Shown here: piece by piece, positions 42,457 to 51,196 of the stretch
How positions within the stretch are numbered: position 1 is the first letter of the stretch
Layout: every line of letters begins with the position of its first letter
Source: Planctomycetia bacterium
GTDB taxonomy: Bacteria; Planctomycetota; Planctomycetia; Pirellulales; JACPPG01
Direction of reading: 5' to 3'
Length of the DNA stretch: 64,000 nt
NCBI GenBank assembly: GCA_016191115.1
Contig: JACPPG010000050.1
Span: forward strand, 12,390-76,389
Program-made: the position numbers and the translations under genes
Notes under the pieces: generated by a model
What the model was told of the DNA's origin: nothing
Database searches by the model: none
Seen by the model: only the letters and a program-made list of their open reading frames with translations

Positions 42457-44067
42457 TCACCGCCGTTCAAGTGGCGCATACCGGGCGATGATCGCTTTGG
42501 CCGCGCGCAGGCCGTCCAGGGCCGCGCTGACGATGCCGCCGGCGTAGCCGGCGCCTTCGCCGATGGGATAGAGTCCCGACAGGCCGGCGCTTTCGAGCGT
42601 ATCAGCACTCCGCGGAAAGCGAACGGGCGAGCTGCCGCGGGCCTCGGGACCGACCAGCGTCGCACTGGCCAGAAACCGCCCACGCCAGCGGCGATCCAGT
42701 CGCGGCAGCCCGTCGTGCAGCGCTTGCGCGATCACCGGCGGGACGAGCGACGCGACTTCGGCCGGCACGACCGCCCGCGCGTAGCTCGACGGAATGGCGC
42801 CGTGGCTCGCCCGATGCGCCAAAAAATCGCCGGCCCACTGGATCGGGGAGGCGTACTCTCCGCGGCCGATTTCGAAGGCGCGCCCTTCGTATTGCCGTTG
42901 CAGGGCGACGCCCGCCAGCACGTGCGACGAGCCGAAGTCGGTCGGCTCAAGCGTGACCATCATGCCGCTATTGGCATAAGGTGACGCGCGGCGCGACAGG
43001 CTCATGCCGTTGGTGCTGAAATAGCCCGGCTCGCAGGCGCTGGCGATCACTTGCCCGCCCGCGCACATGCAGAAGCTGAACACGTTGGGCTGGCCCCGCG
43101 CGATCAGGCTGTAGTCGGCGGCGCCGAGCTTCTCTTCCAACTTCGCCGGCCCGTACTGAGCGCGATTGACTTGTTCCTGCGGCTGCTCGATCCGCACGCC
43201 GAACTGAAACGGCTTTTGGACCATCGGCACGCCGCGGCTCAAGAGCATTTCGTACGTATCGCGGGCACTGTGCCCGATGGCCAGCACGAGCAGCGAGCAA
43301 GGGATGTATCCGGAGGAGGTTATCACACCGCGGAGGCGCCCTTGGCTGGTGTCGAGGTCCTCGACGCGGCAGGCAAAGCGGAATTCGCCGCCGGCCTGCT
43401 CAGTGCGCTGGCGCAGGGCCTTCACCACGGCCGGCAGCCGGTTGCTGCCCAGGTGAGGACGGTAGTCGTACAGGATCGAGGGCTTCCCCTTGCAGTCGGC
43501 GAAAAGCCGCAGAATCCGCTGCACGTCGGGGCCTGCGGAGCGGCAGGTGAGCTTGCCGTCGCTGAAGGTGCCGGCGCCCCCTTCGCCGAAGAGATAGTTG
43601 CTCTCGGGATCGAGCGGGCCGCCGGCGTCGAAGGCCTGCACGTCGCGAACGCGGGTCCGCACCGACTGACCGCGCTCCAGGACCAGGGGCCGATACCCGG
43701 CCTCGGCGAGAAAATAGGCGGCCGCCATGCCGGCCGGACCGGAGCCAACGACGACCGGCCGCTGGGCAAGGGGTTCGCTGCCCGGCGGCGGCAACTCGAA
43801 GGGCGCTTCGTGGTACAGTTCGGCGGCGATACCCTCGCGGCCGCCCGAGAGGCGCGACACGACGAGCGGCTCGTCCTTCGAGAGCACGACTTCGGCCGCG
43901 TAGATGAAGTGCAGATCGGCCTTGTTGCGCGCGTCCAGGCTCTTGCGGAGGATCCGCCATCGCCGGATGTCGCTGTCGAGGACCCCTAGCGCCCGGGCCG
44001 CACGCTGGCGGACCGCGTGCTCGCTTTCGTCGATCCCCAGACGAATGTTCGAGACGCGGATCGACAT
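42457..44067 (-). CDS. FAD-dependent oxidoreductase (COG2509-like)
   Basis: N-terminal MSIRVSNIRLGIDESEH..LDARNK, Rossmann VVVGSGPAGMAAAYFLAEAGY, FGEGGAGTFSDGKL, GEGAGYAGGIVSAALDG. Confidence 0.75.
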   Translation of the reverse strand: MSIRVSNIRLGIDESEHAVRQRAARALGVLDSDIRRWRILRKSLDARNKADLHFIYAAEVVLSKDEPLVVSRLSGGREGIAAELYHEAPFELPPPGSEPLAQRPVVVGSGPAGMAAAYFLAEAGYRPLVLERGQSVRTRVRDVQAFDAGGPLDPESNYLFGEGGAGTFSDGKLTCRSAGPDVQRILRLFADCKGKPSILYDYRPHLGSNRLPAVVKALRQRTEQAGGEFRFACRVEDLDTSQGRLRGVITSSGYIPCSLLVLAIGHSARDTYEMLLSRGVPMVQKPFQFGVRIEQPQEQVNRAQYGPAKLEEKLGAADYSLIARGQPNVFSFCMCAGGQVIASACEPGYFSTNGMSLSRRASPYANSGMMVTLEPTDFGSSHVLAGVALQRQYEGRAFEIGRGEYASPIQWAGDFLAHRASHGAIPSSYARAVVPAEVASLVPPVIAQALHDGLPRLDRRWRGRFLASATLVGPEARGSSPVRFPRSADTLESAGLSGLYPIGEGAGYAGGIVSAALDGLRAAKAIIARYAPLERR

Positions 44068-44084
44068 GATTCGAGGGGCGGCGG

Positions 44085-44120
44085 AAAAAAATCAGCGGCC
44101 CGCAAAAGGCGGGCCGCTGA
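44085..44120 (-). terminator. intrinsic terminator of the cold-shock gene
   Basis: 12-bp perfect stem TCAGCGGCCCGC (44092-44103) / GCGGGCCGCTGA (44109-44120). On the minus strand it is followed by TTTTTTT (A-run 44085-44091). Confidence 0.75.
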
Positions 44121-44156
44121 CTGAATTCTAAAGGGCACTTCCGATCGACGCGGGCG

Positions 44157-44369
44157 CTAGGCCGGCGTAACCGACGCGGCCCGCGGGCCCTTGCCCTTGG
44201 GGCCACCCCCTTGGTCGACGGTGTATTCGACAGCCTGCCCTTCGGTCAGATTGTCGAACTGACGGTCGGCGACGCTGGAATGGTGGAAGAAGACATCCGC
44301 ACCATCCGAGCTCTGAATGAAACCGAAGCCCTTGTCATGCACTAACTTTTTGATCGTACCCGACGCCAT
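44157..44369 (-). CDS. cold-shock domain protein
   Basis: GTIKKLVHDKGFGFIQSSDGADVFFHHSSV (RNP1/RNP2 motifs). AAGGAG lies 8 nt before ATG 44369. Confidence 0.9.
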   Translation of the reverse strand: MASGTIKKLVHDKGFGFIQSSDGADVFFHHSSVADRQFDNLTEGQAVEYTVDQGGGPKGKGPRAASVTPA

Positions 44370-45032
44370 ACTCGCCACTCCTTAAACACAAGACCACGAA
44401 AAACACGCGACGGAGAAGTTACTCACACCCCGACGCCACAAAAGTGCTCTTGGCCGAAACCACCTGCCCAGATGCACTTACAACACAAGCTTAGCTCTCT
44501 GACACGCTTCTCCGACGCGAATGGCCCGCGATAATCGTTGGCGAGGATCGTCAAAACACTCACTTCTCCGTGCCAAACTCAAGAAAAGCGTCGCTCTAAG
44601 ATTACGGGAAACCGTACCTTGCCGCAACCCATCTATACCACTTTTTACCCCGCCGCGAACCCCCTGGTTTTGGCCGCGGGGCTCCGGCCAGGGGCGCGGC
44701 GAAAGGGCCTCCAACGCATAGCGAAAGTCTGCGGGTCGGGCAAGGTGCGGGAGGCTGTTCCGCGGGTGCGGCGTCGGCGCCGGCCGTCCCCCCGCGTGGC
44801 GACAAGATGTCGCGGTTTTACGGAATGCGCGGCGCTGCTGACGCTAGGTCGCCGGTATCTTTTCGCCAGCTTCTCCCCCGGGCGTGGACATTGCCAAAGA
44901 ATCATGGCGTTCCGCGTGCGGCCGCTGTGCCGGGCGTGCCGATGATTCGTTTGTTGACGCTTGTTCCCTCCGACCCACCCCCCCTCGTAAAAGTCGGGCC
45001 ATCTTCCCGCTGGCCTGACTCCCCGCCGCCCG

Positions 45033-46088
45033 ATGTCCCCCCTCCGTGCGTTTTTCCAATGCGCCTCGGCGCTCTTGGGCGCGATCGCGCTAATTGGCGC
45101 GGGCGTCGCTCAGGCGCAGACCGTTTGGCGGCTGCCCGAGGTGGACCACGTCTCGACGCCGATCGAGCAGGTTCCGCCGGGGATGGTCCCGGGCCAACCG
45201 CCGCCCGACGTGCCCGCCGGGCTGGTGCCGGCCGACGGCTTTCCGCTGCCCGTCCTTCCTCCGAAGCAGGGGCTGATCGCGATGGCGTTCGGGCCCAGCA
45301 GCAACCTGCCCTGGTCCTGGCAATTCCTTCCGGACGGACTGATCTACCGCTCGTACCTGGCCGGCGTGAAGGAGCCGCGCTTCGCCTCGGTGTGGTCGCA
45401 CAGATCAGGCAGCGGAGCACCGCCAACGGATAACGCCACCACGCTGTGGGACGTGACGCTAGGCGGCCGCGTCGGGGTATTGCGCTATGGCACGCCAAAC
45501 GCCTATCGGCCCGAAGGTTTCCAGATCGATCTCGAAGGCGCGGCCGAGCCACGGCTCGACCCATTGGCGCTGAGCACGCCGCTGATTTCCACGGACTATC
45601 GCTTCGGCCTGCCGATCACCTACGGGCGCGGGCGGTGGCAGTTCAAAACCGGCTACTACCATCTCAGCTCGCATCTGGGCGACGAGTTCATGCAGTTGAA
45701 TCCCGGTTTCCAACGGATCAACTATGTCCGCGACTCGGTGATGCTCGGCATCGGCTACTTCTGGACCGACAACCTGCGGCTGTTCGGCGAGTTCGACTAT
45801 GCCGTGGGCGTGGGCGGCGGTTCGCAGCCGGTGGAACTGCAATGGGGGGCGGACTACAGCCCCGCCAAGCCCGGCGGCGCCCCGTTTGCCGCGCTCTATG
45901 GCAACATGCGCCAGGAACTGAACTACGGCGGCTTTGTCGTGGTGCAGGCCGGCTGGCAATGGCGCGGCGGCCTGGCCTTGCACACGTTCCGCCTCGGCAT
46001 GGAGTACGTCAACGGCAAGAGCACGCACTTCGAGTTCTTCAACCAGTTCGAGCAGCGGATCGGCTTCGGGCTGTGGTACGACTATTGA
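45033..46088 (+). CDS. putative outer-membrane beta-barrel protein (DUF1207-like)
   Basis: Signal peptide ...LLGAIALIGAGVAQA. Alternating beta-strand pattern. C-terminal ...GFGLWYDY ends in an aromatic residue. Confidence 0.5.
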   Translation: MSPLRAFFQCASALLGAIALIGAGVAQAQTVWRLPEVDHVSTPIEQVPPGMVPGQPPPDVPAGLVPADGFPLPVLPPKQGLIAMAFGPSSNLPWSWQFLPDGLIYRSYLAGVKEPRFASVWSHRSGSGAPPTDNATTLWDVTLGGRVGVLRYGTPNAYRPEGFQIDLEGAAEPRLDPLALSTPLISTDYRFGLPITYGRGRWQFKTGYYHLSSHLGDEFMQLNPGFQRINYVRDSVMLGIGYFWTDNLRLFGEFDYAVGVGGGSQPVELQWGADYSPAKPGGAPFAALYGNMRQELNYGGFVVVQAGWQWRGGLALHTFRLGMEYVNGKSTHFEFFNQFEQRIGFGLWYDY

Positions 46089-47422
46089 TCGGTAACGGGC
46101 GGCTCGTGCCCTGCCAAACGGCCGTAGCCGAGCAAGTCGGGCGCCAACAGCCATAAGAGGCCAACCACGGCGAGCGTGCCCAGCCCGCCGGAAACAACCG
46201 AGAAGGTGGTGCCGAAGGTCACCGCCGCCTCGCTGGGATAGGCCAGAACGTCGTGGGCCATCGACGTAAAGAGCGAAGCGACGAGCCCCGATTCGAATGC
46301 GCCCAGCTCGTTCGATGCGCCGATGAACATGCCGTTGATGGCCGAGACGCGGCCCCGCATCTCGTCCGGCGTGAGCACCTGCACCAGGGTGTGCCGTATG
46401 ACGACGCTGATGTTGTCCAAGGCGCCGGTCAGCAACAGCATCAGAAGCGAGAGCGGAAACGACCGGGACAATCCAAAGATGATCGTGGCGACGCCAAAAC
46501 CGGCGACGCTCCACAGCATGGCGCGACCGGCCTTTTTCATGGGTGGACGGTGGGCGATCACAAGCGCCATGACGACCGCGCCCGCCGCCGGCGCGGCCTC
46601 CATCCATCCCAGCCCCCGCGGACCCACGGCGAGGATGTCCTTGGCATACACCGGCAAGAGCGCGGTGGCGCCACCCAGCAGCACGGCGAACAGGTCGAGC
46701 GTGATGGCGGCCAGCATGACTTTCTGCCGCCCGACGAAACGTGCCCCCGCCACGAGCGATTCCAGCGTCAGCCCTTCGGTGGATTGCGTCACCGGTCGGC
46801 GGCGGACCATCGCCAAAAGGGCGAAGAACGCCAGGGCCGCCGCCGCATGACACGCGTAGACGATCGCCGGACCGTGGGCGAAGGCCGCGATCAGCAAGCC
46901 CGCCAGGGCGGGCCCCAGCACGAAGGCCAGTTGAAAGGCGCCCGTGCTCCAAGTGACCGCGTTGGGAAACGCCGCGCGATCGACCAACTGCGGCAATAAC
47001 GACGCCCGCGCCGGTTGGCTGAACCCGCGGGCGACGGCCACGACCAGGATGAGGGCGTACAGAGTCCAAAGCGGGGCCGAGCCCAGCGACACGACCGCCA
47101 GCCCTGCGGCGGCTAACGCCGTGACCGCCATCGTCGCCAGAATGATGTTGCGGCGGTCGAAGCGATCGGCCACGTGCCCGGCGAGTAGCGCGAGCGCAAG
47201 CACCGGCACAATCTGCACCAGGCCCACCAGCCCGAGCGCCAAGGGCCAGCCGGTGCGCTGATAGATTTCGTAGCCGACGGCCACGACCTGCATCTTGTAG
47301 CCGACGACGGACAAGAAGTTGCCGGCCAGGAACAGGCGGTAGTCGCGCGCGCGGAGCGCGGCGTAAGGGTCGTGCTGCGGAGGCGCTCGGCGGGCTTCGC
47401 CGGTCGGGGATTCGATGGTCAT
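46082..47422 (-). CDS. MFS transporter
   Basis: About 12 hydrophobic segments. N-terminal YRLFLAGNFLSVVGYKMQ and GHVADRFDRR loop are typical of the MFS_3/EntS-like group. Confidence 0.8.
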   Translation of the reverse strand: MTIESPTGEARRAPPQHDPYAALRARDYRLFLAGNFLSVVGYKMQVVAVGYEIYQRTGWPLALGLVGLVQIVPVLALALLAGHVADRFDRRNIILATMAVTALAAAGLAVVSLGSAPLWTLYALILVVAVARGFSQPARASLLPQLVDRAAFPNAVTWSTGAFQLAFVLGPALAGLLIAAFAHGPAIVYACHAAAALAFFALLAMVRRRPVTQSTEGLTLESLVAGARFVGRQKVMLAAITLDLFAVLLGGATALLPVYAKDILAVGPRGLGWMEAAPAAGAVVMALVIAHRPPMKKAGRAMLWSVAGFGVATIIFGLSRSFPLSLLMLLLTGALDNISVVIRHTLVQVLTPDEMRGRVSAINGMFIGASNELGAFESGLVASLFTSMAHDVLAYPSEAAVTFGTTFSVVSGGLGTLAVVGLLWLLAPDLLGYGRLAGHEPPVTDQ

Positions 47423-47626
47423 GCCGGGTGACCCGCGTCGCGTCGGCCACCTGGTCGACGATTTTCTGTCATGTCAGAGTGTTTGTAATTGTTCTTAACT
47501 ATGCAGCGGGCTGCGCATCGGCTCCTGATGCTAGACGCCACGTGGACATAGAACCAGACCAGATGGTGGGCCGTGGGTTCGCTTGTGGGCCCACCCGTCG
47601 CCGACCGTGAGCGCAACGCGCGTGTG

Positions 47627-48670
47627 TTACGTCGTAGTCGTTTCCCGGCACACGACTGCCAAGGCGTGCGCCGTGGCACACCGCGACACCCCGGGACCGA
47701 GTTCGGCCGACAGCGAGACTACATTGGCCGCCAGCCGCATCCGATCCATGACGTGCCTCGCCAGGAACTCTCCCTGACCCGACAGGACTATGGTCGCGGG
47801 CGCGGGCTTCATGCGCCCCACGACATTACGCAGGGCAATGGCGATTTTCGCCGCTTGCGAAGTGCGGATCGCCGTGGCCGCGGCCAGCGCGTCGGCGTCG
47901 CTGAACATCTCGCGGTCGGCGCAGATGCTCCGCGCAAGTCGATCGCGGGCGCACTCCCGCGTCGCCGGACGTCCGTCGGCGGTGCCGGTCAAGGTCGCGT
48001 CCTCGGGCAGATCGCCCAACGTGACGTAGGCGTCGAGGGTCATGGCAAAAAGCTCGTGCGCGGTCGGGCATTGCCGGCCTCGCCATGGTAGTGTCGTCGC
48101 CACGGCGCAGACCGGGCTGCGAACCACGCCCGTATACACGAGTTCCCCGGCGGCGAGCCGCTCGGGATCAGTCGCGCCGGATGCCGCGGGACCCCCATCG
48201 ACGATCGGGATGATGTCCGTGGTCGTGCTGCCGATATCGACGAGAAGTCCAGCGCCTGACGTGACGAACCGGGCGGCGAAACGCGCGAGCGCGTGCCAGT
48301 TCGCGGCGGCGGCCGCCAGCGGACGCTCGATTGCTGCTTGCGGGGAGGCAAACGTGCCATCCGTCAGATAGATGCTTAGGCCGCGCCCGGCCGCAGCCTC
48401 GGCGAGCGCGGCGACGATCGCCGCGACGCCCTCGCGCTTCGTCACGAAGCAGTCGGCCAACTCGCCTGTCATTGTGGCCGCAATATGGTCGGCGCGCGGG
48501 GCGGCTTCGATCAGCCGAGCGATTGCATGAGTCAGACGCGCCGGTTCTCTCCACAGCGGGAACTCATGCGACGCGACGAAGCCGAGGCCGTCGGCCGCCT
48601 TCAGGTTCGCGCCGCCGACGTCGAGGGCAAGGATCGCCGGCGGTGGGCCGTGTGCGGCGGACAGAGTCAT
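47627..48670 (-). CDS. hydantoinase/oxoprolinase-like ASKHA protein (family associated with H4MPT-linked C1 transfer)
   Basis: LALDVGGANLKAA, LLVDIGSTTTDIIPI, ELVYTGVVRSPV. The call rests on recalled family resemblance only. Confidence 0.5.
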   Translation of the reverse strand: MTLSAAHGPPPAILALDVGGANLKAADGLGFVASHEFPLWREPARLTHAIARLIEAAPRADHIAATMTGELADCFVTKREGVAAIVAALAEAAAGRGLSIYLTDGTFASPQAAIERPLAAAAANWHALARFAARFVTSGAGLLVDIGSTTTDIIPIVDGGPAASGATDPERLAAGELVYTGVVRSPVCAVATTLPWRGRQCPTAHELFAMTLDAYVTLGDLPEDATLTGTADGRPATRECARDRLARSICADREMFSDADALAAATAIRTSQAAKIAIALRNVVGRMKPAPATIVLSGQGEFLARHVMDRMRLAANVVSLSAELGPGVSRCATAHALAVVCRETTTT

Positions 48671-48788
48671 GCGCAAAATGGCCTTTCCAGCCCTCGTCCG
48701 GCCGAGAGCGCGCGGATGCGAGCTTCGGGCTTAGCACGGCGCCGCGAGGGCGCGTCACTACCCGCATGCCGCTCCGCTGAAGCGGAAC

Positions 48789-49823
48789 CTACGTCCGCGC
48801 TTCCGTCCAAACCCGGCCGTCGGGCGTGAATTCTATGCGATCCAGCGTGAAGGACAACGCGGGCTCGCGGCCGGTGGCCACGTCGAGCATCGCCGCGGCC
48901 AAGTTGCCGCGCGCGGCGGCGCGCAGTCCAACGAACGAGGTCGTCAGCCGTGGATTGATTTCGATCACCACGTCGTCGTGGCCGGACGGCTCGGCCCCCA
49001 GCACCAGGTCCACCCCGATGTAGCCCCGCGGGGCGCCGAGCGTGGCGACCGCTTGCGCGGCCCAGCGCGTCGCACGGCGGGCTAGATGGGGTGCGAGCGG
49101 CAGTTCGCCGCCCAGGTATTTGAATCGGCCATCGTCGCTGAGCTTTTGGCGACACGGCGGCAGCGTGACAATCCGGCCTGGTCCACAAAGTAGCGCCACA
49201 CTAGCGGCTAAACCGGGACGGAATTCCTCGACGCGAGCCGATCGCAAGCCGTTCGGCGACCCATCGTGATCCGACGGCGTCCGAAGCAGCCGCACCCCCA
49301 CCGAACCAGCACCGTCGCGCGGCTTCGCGACCAGCGGATACAAGAGGCTCCGTGGCGGCTTTTCGTCGTGCGACCATACGCCGCCCTTGGGCACCGGCAC
49401 GCCCGCGGCCGCCAGATGCTCGGCCGTCGCCTGTTTGTCGCTGCAAAGCCTGACGATGGCCGGTCCTGGACCGAGCACGCGCCCGCCATGAGCCAGGACG
49501 CGCTCGACGTGCGCGGCGAGCAGCCCATCGCACTCCGGCGCGATCACAATCGTCCAGTCCGCGGCGGCCGCCTCGCGGTCGAATGCGGCGAGGTATGCCT
49601 GGCTAGCGACCTTAATCGACCGCACTCCCTGCATGAGCGGCAGCGTGTGGCAGGCGTCTCGCAAGATCGAGACCTGTGTGCCCGGGAGCGTGGCGAAGTC
49701 GCTCGCCACGGCCGCGACCATGGCTGCGCCCTCGACAGCGAGCGCGGTGAAATCAGCGGCCGAGTCGCCGGGCGCCTCAAAGAGCCCGCCACCCGTCGTG
49801 AACTCGAAGACGAATATTTGCAC
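48789..49823 (-). CDS. ATP-grasp domain protein (MfnD-like ligase family)
   Basis: GTG start. QIFVFEFTTGGG pre-ATP-grasp N-terminus. PLVAKPRDGAGSVGVRLL and IGVDLVLG...VVIEINPRLTTSF are ATP-grasp motifs. Confidence 0.5.
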   Translation of the reverse strand: MQIFVFEFTTGGGLFEAPGDSAADFTALAVEGAAMVAAVASDFATLPGTQVSILRDACHTLPLMQGVRSIKVASQAYLAAFDREAAAADWTIVIAPECDGLLAAHVERVLAHGGRVLGPGPAIVRLCSDKQATAEHLAAAGVPVPKGGVWSHDEKPPRSLLYPLVAKPRDGAGSVGVRLLRTPSDHDGSPNGLRSARVEEFRPGLAASVALLCGPGRIVTLPPCRQKLSDDGRFKYLGGELPLAPHLARRATRWAAQAVATLGAPRGYIGVDLVLGAEPSGHDDVVIEINPRLTTSFVGLRAAARGNLAAAMLDVATGREPALSFTLDRIEFTPDGRVWTEART

Positions 49824-49907
49824 GCCAGCGCCGAGGCACGCGAACCGTTCTTCTCCGTGCCTCCGTGTCTCCGTGGTTATCCGCCTGCTTCGCCCGTCGC
49901 CTCGCTC

Positions 49908-50225
49908 TCAAAAGATCCCCAACTGGTCCCGCGCTTCTTCGGTCATGCGATCGGGGGTCCAGGGCGGGACCATCACCAGCTTTACTTCCACGTCGGTGAC
50001 GCCCTCCAGCCGGCCGAGAACGTCCTTGGATTGCTGGATCAACTGCGGCCCGGCCGGGCAGGCGGGGCTGGTCATCGTCATCTCGATCGACACCTTCGAC
50101 TTGCCTTCCTCGGCATCGGCGATCGTCACCAGGTAAACGAGACCCAAGTCGACGATGTTGACGAACAGCTCCGGGTCGACAACCTGCTTGAGCGCCTCGC
50201 GGACGCTGTCTTCGTTGAGTGACAT
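49908..50225 (-). CDS. DUF59 (SufT-like) Fe-S assembly protein
   Basis: VREALKQVVDPELFVNIVDLGLVY...MTMTSPACPAG. Confidence 0.8.
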   Translation of the reverse strand: MSLNEDSVREALKQVVDPELFVNIVDLGLVYLVTIADAEEGKSKVSIEMTMTSPACPAGPQLIQQSKDVLGRLEGVTDVEVKLVMVPPWTPDRMTEEARDQLGIF

Positions 50226-50278
50226 GATAAACTCGTCCTTCATTTGCCCGCTGCGAACGCCGGTCGCCTAAGCACGCG

Positions 50279-50713
50279 TCAAAACAGATCGGCCATGTGC
50301 TCGCCGCCGTGTTCCGGGTTGCCAATCAGTTTTTGCCCCGCGGGATCGACCACGAAGTCCAGCGCCTCGAGCGGAATCTGGCCGACGAGCACCGGACTGT
50401 CGGCCGGCACTTCGGAGACTTCCACGGTGCATTCGCGGCCTTGAATCGTCAGCCGAACGACGTCGTAGATACCAAATTCCGCCGGCCCTGACGTCGTGCG
50501 AAACTTGCGCGACCGCACGCGATCCAGGCCGAGTTGTGCAATCAGCCGCTTGGGAAGCGAGAGCATTGTCGCGCCCGTATCGACAAGTGCGTCCGTGACC
50601 TCCACAGATCGAACCTGATCGGCCGCGAGCAGCCCCAGCTTAACGCGCGTCAGGTCTTGCACGTTCTCGATCTTGGCGGCCACCAGCACCTTGCCCACAG
50701 TCGTGGTCTCCAT
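50279..50713 (-). CDS. retropepsin-like (clan AA) aspartic protease domain protein
   Basis: ALVDTGATMLSLP contains the D-T-G active-site signature in a 144-aa single-lobe protein. Confidence 0.6.
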   Translation of the reverse strand: METTTVGKVLVAAKIENVQDLTRVKLGLLAADQVRSVEVTDALVDTGATMLSLPKRLIAQLGLDRVRSRKFRTTSGPAEFGIYDVVRLTIQGRECTVEVSEVPADSPVLVGQIPLEALDFVVDPAGQKLIGNPEHGGEHMADLF

Positions 50714-50788
50714 CGGAGGACCCTCGCTCTTGGACGTTTGCCGCGACGTCGTGACGCCGCGTAGCCGCGGCGGCTAAACACCTATCGC

Positions 50789-51103
50789 CTAGTCGTTTAC
50801 TTTAACCATCACGGCGTCGCCTTCAACCTTCACCTCATGCGCCACCGTAGCGCGCGTGGCCGGCATGGTCAACGCGCGGCCGTCGCGGATGTCGAACTTG
50901 GCGCCGTGCCGGGGGCAGGCGATCTGGTAGCCGTCGAGCGTGCCCTCGCCCAGCGGCCCCCCGTCGTGCGTGCACACGTCGTCCAGCGCCCAGAACCGGC
51001 CGCCGACGTGGAACACCACGACCAGCCGATCATCGACCTCGAAGATCTGTTTCCCGGGGTCGGGTATGTCGGAGACTTTGGCGACGCGAACGAAGTCGGA
51101 CAT
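50789..51103 (-). CDS. Rieske [2Fe-2S] ferredoxin
   Basis: CTHDGGPL ... CPRHGAKF (CxH ... CxxH). Confidence 0.85.
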   Translation of the reverse strand: MSDFVRVAKVSDIPDPGKQIFEVDDRLVVVFHVGGRFWALDDVCTHDGGPLGEGTLDGYQIACPRHGAKFDIRDGRALTMPATRATVAHEVKVEGDAVMVKVND

Positions 51104-51196
51104 GGCGGAATAGTAGGCAGTAGGCGGAGGGCAGCCAACAAAGATGTTTAGCCGCCGCGGCCACGCGGCGCGGCAGCGGACGAGGGAGCCCCAGCG

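Noticed and set aside
44379-45032. Sigma-70 promoter hexamers or an ncRNA in the 650-bp region between the cold-shock gene and the DUF1207 gene
   Set aside because: Only weak TTGACG/TATCGC-type matches with wrong spacing were found. A long csp 5' UTR is expected from general knowledge, but I cannot delimit it from sequence alone.
45459-47450. 663-aa ORF overlapping the DUF1207 and MFS genes
   Set aside because: Extremely Arg/Gly/Ala/Pro-rich. It overlaps two genes with clear membrane-protein signatures and has no domain motifs.
47565-47595. Hairpin GGTGGGCC-N15-GGCCCACC as terminator of the hydantoinase-like gene
   Set aside because: The stem is only 8 bp, the loop is 15 nt and no U-tract follows on the relevant strand. 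It cannot be distinguished from chance GC-rich pairing.
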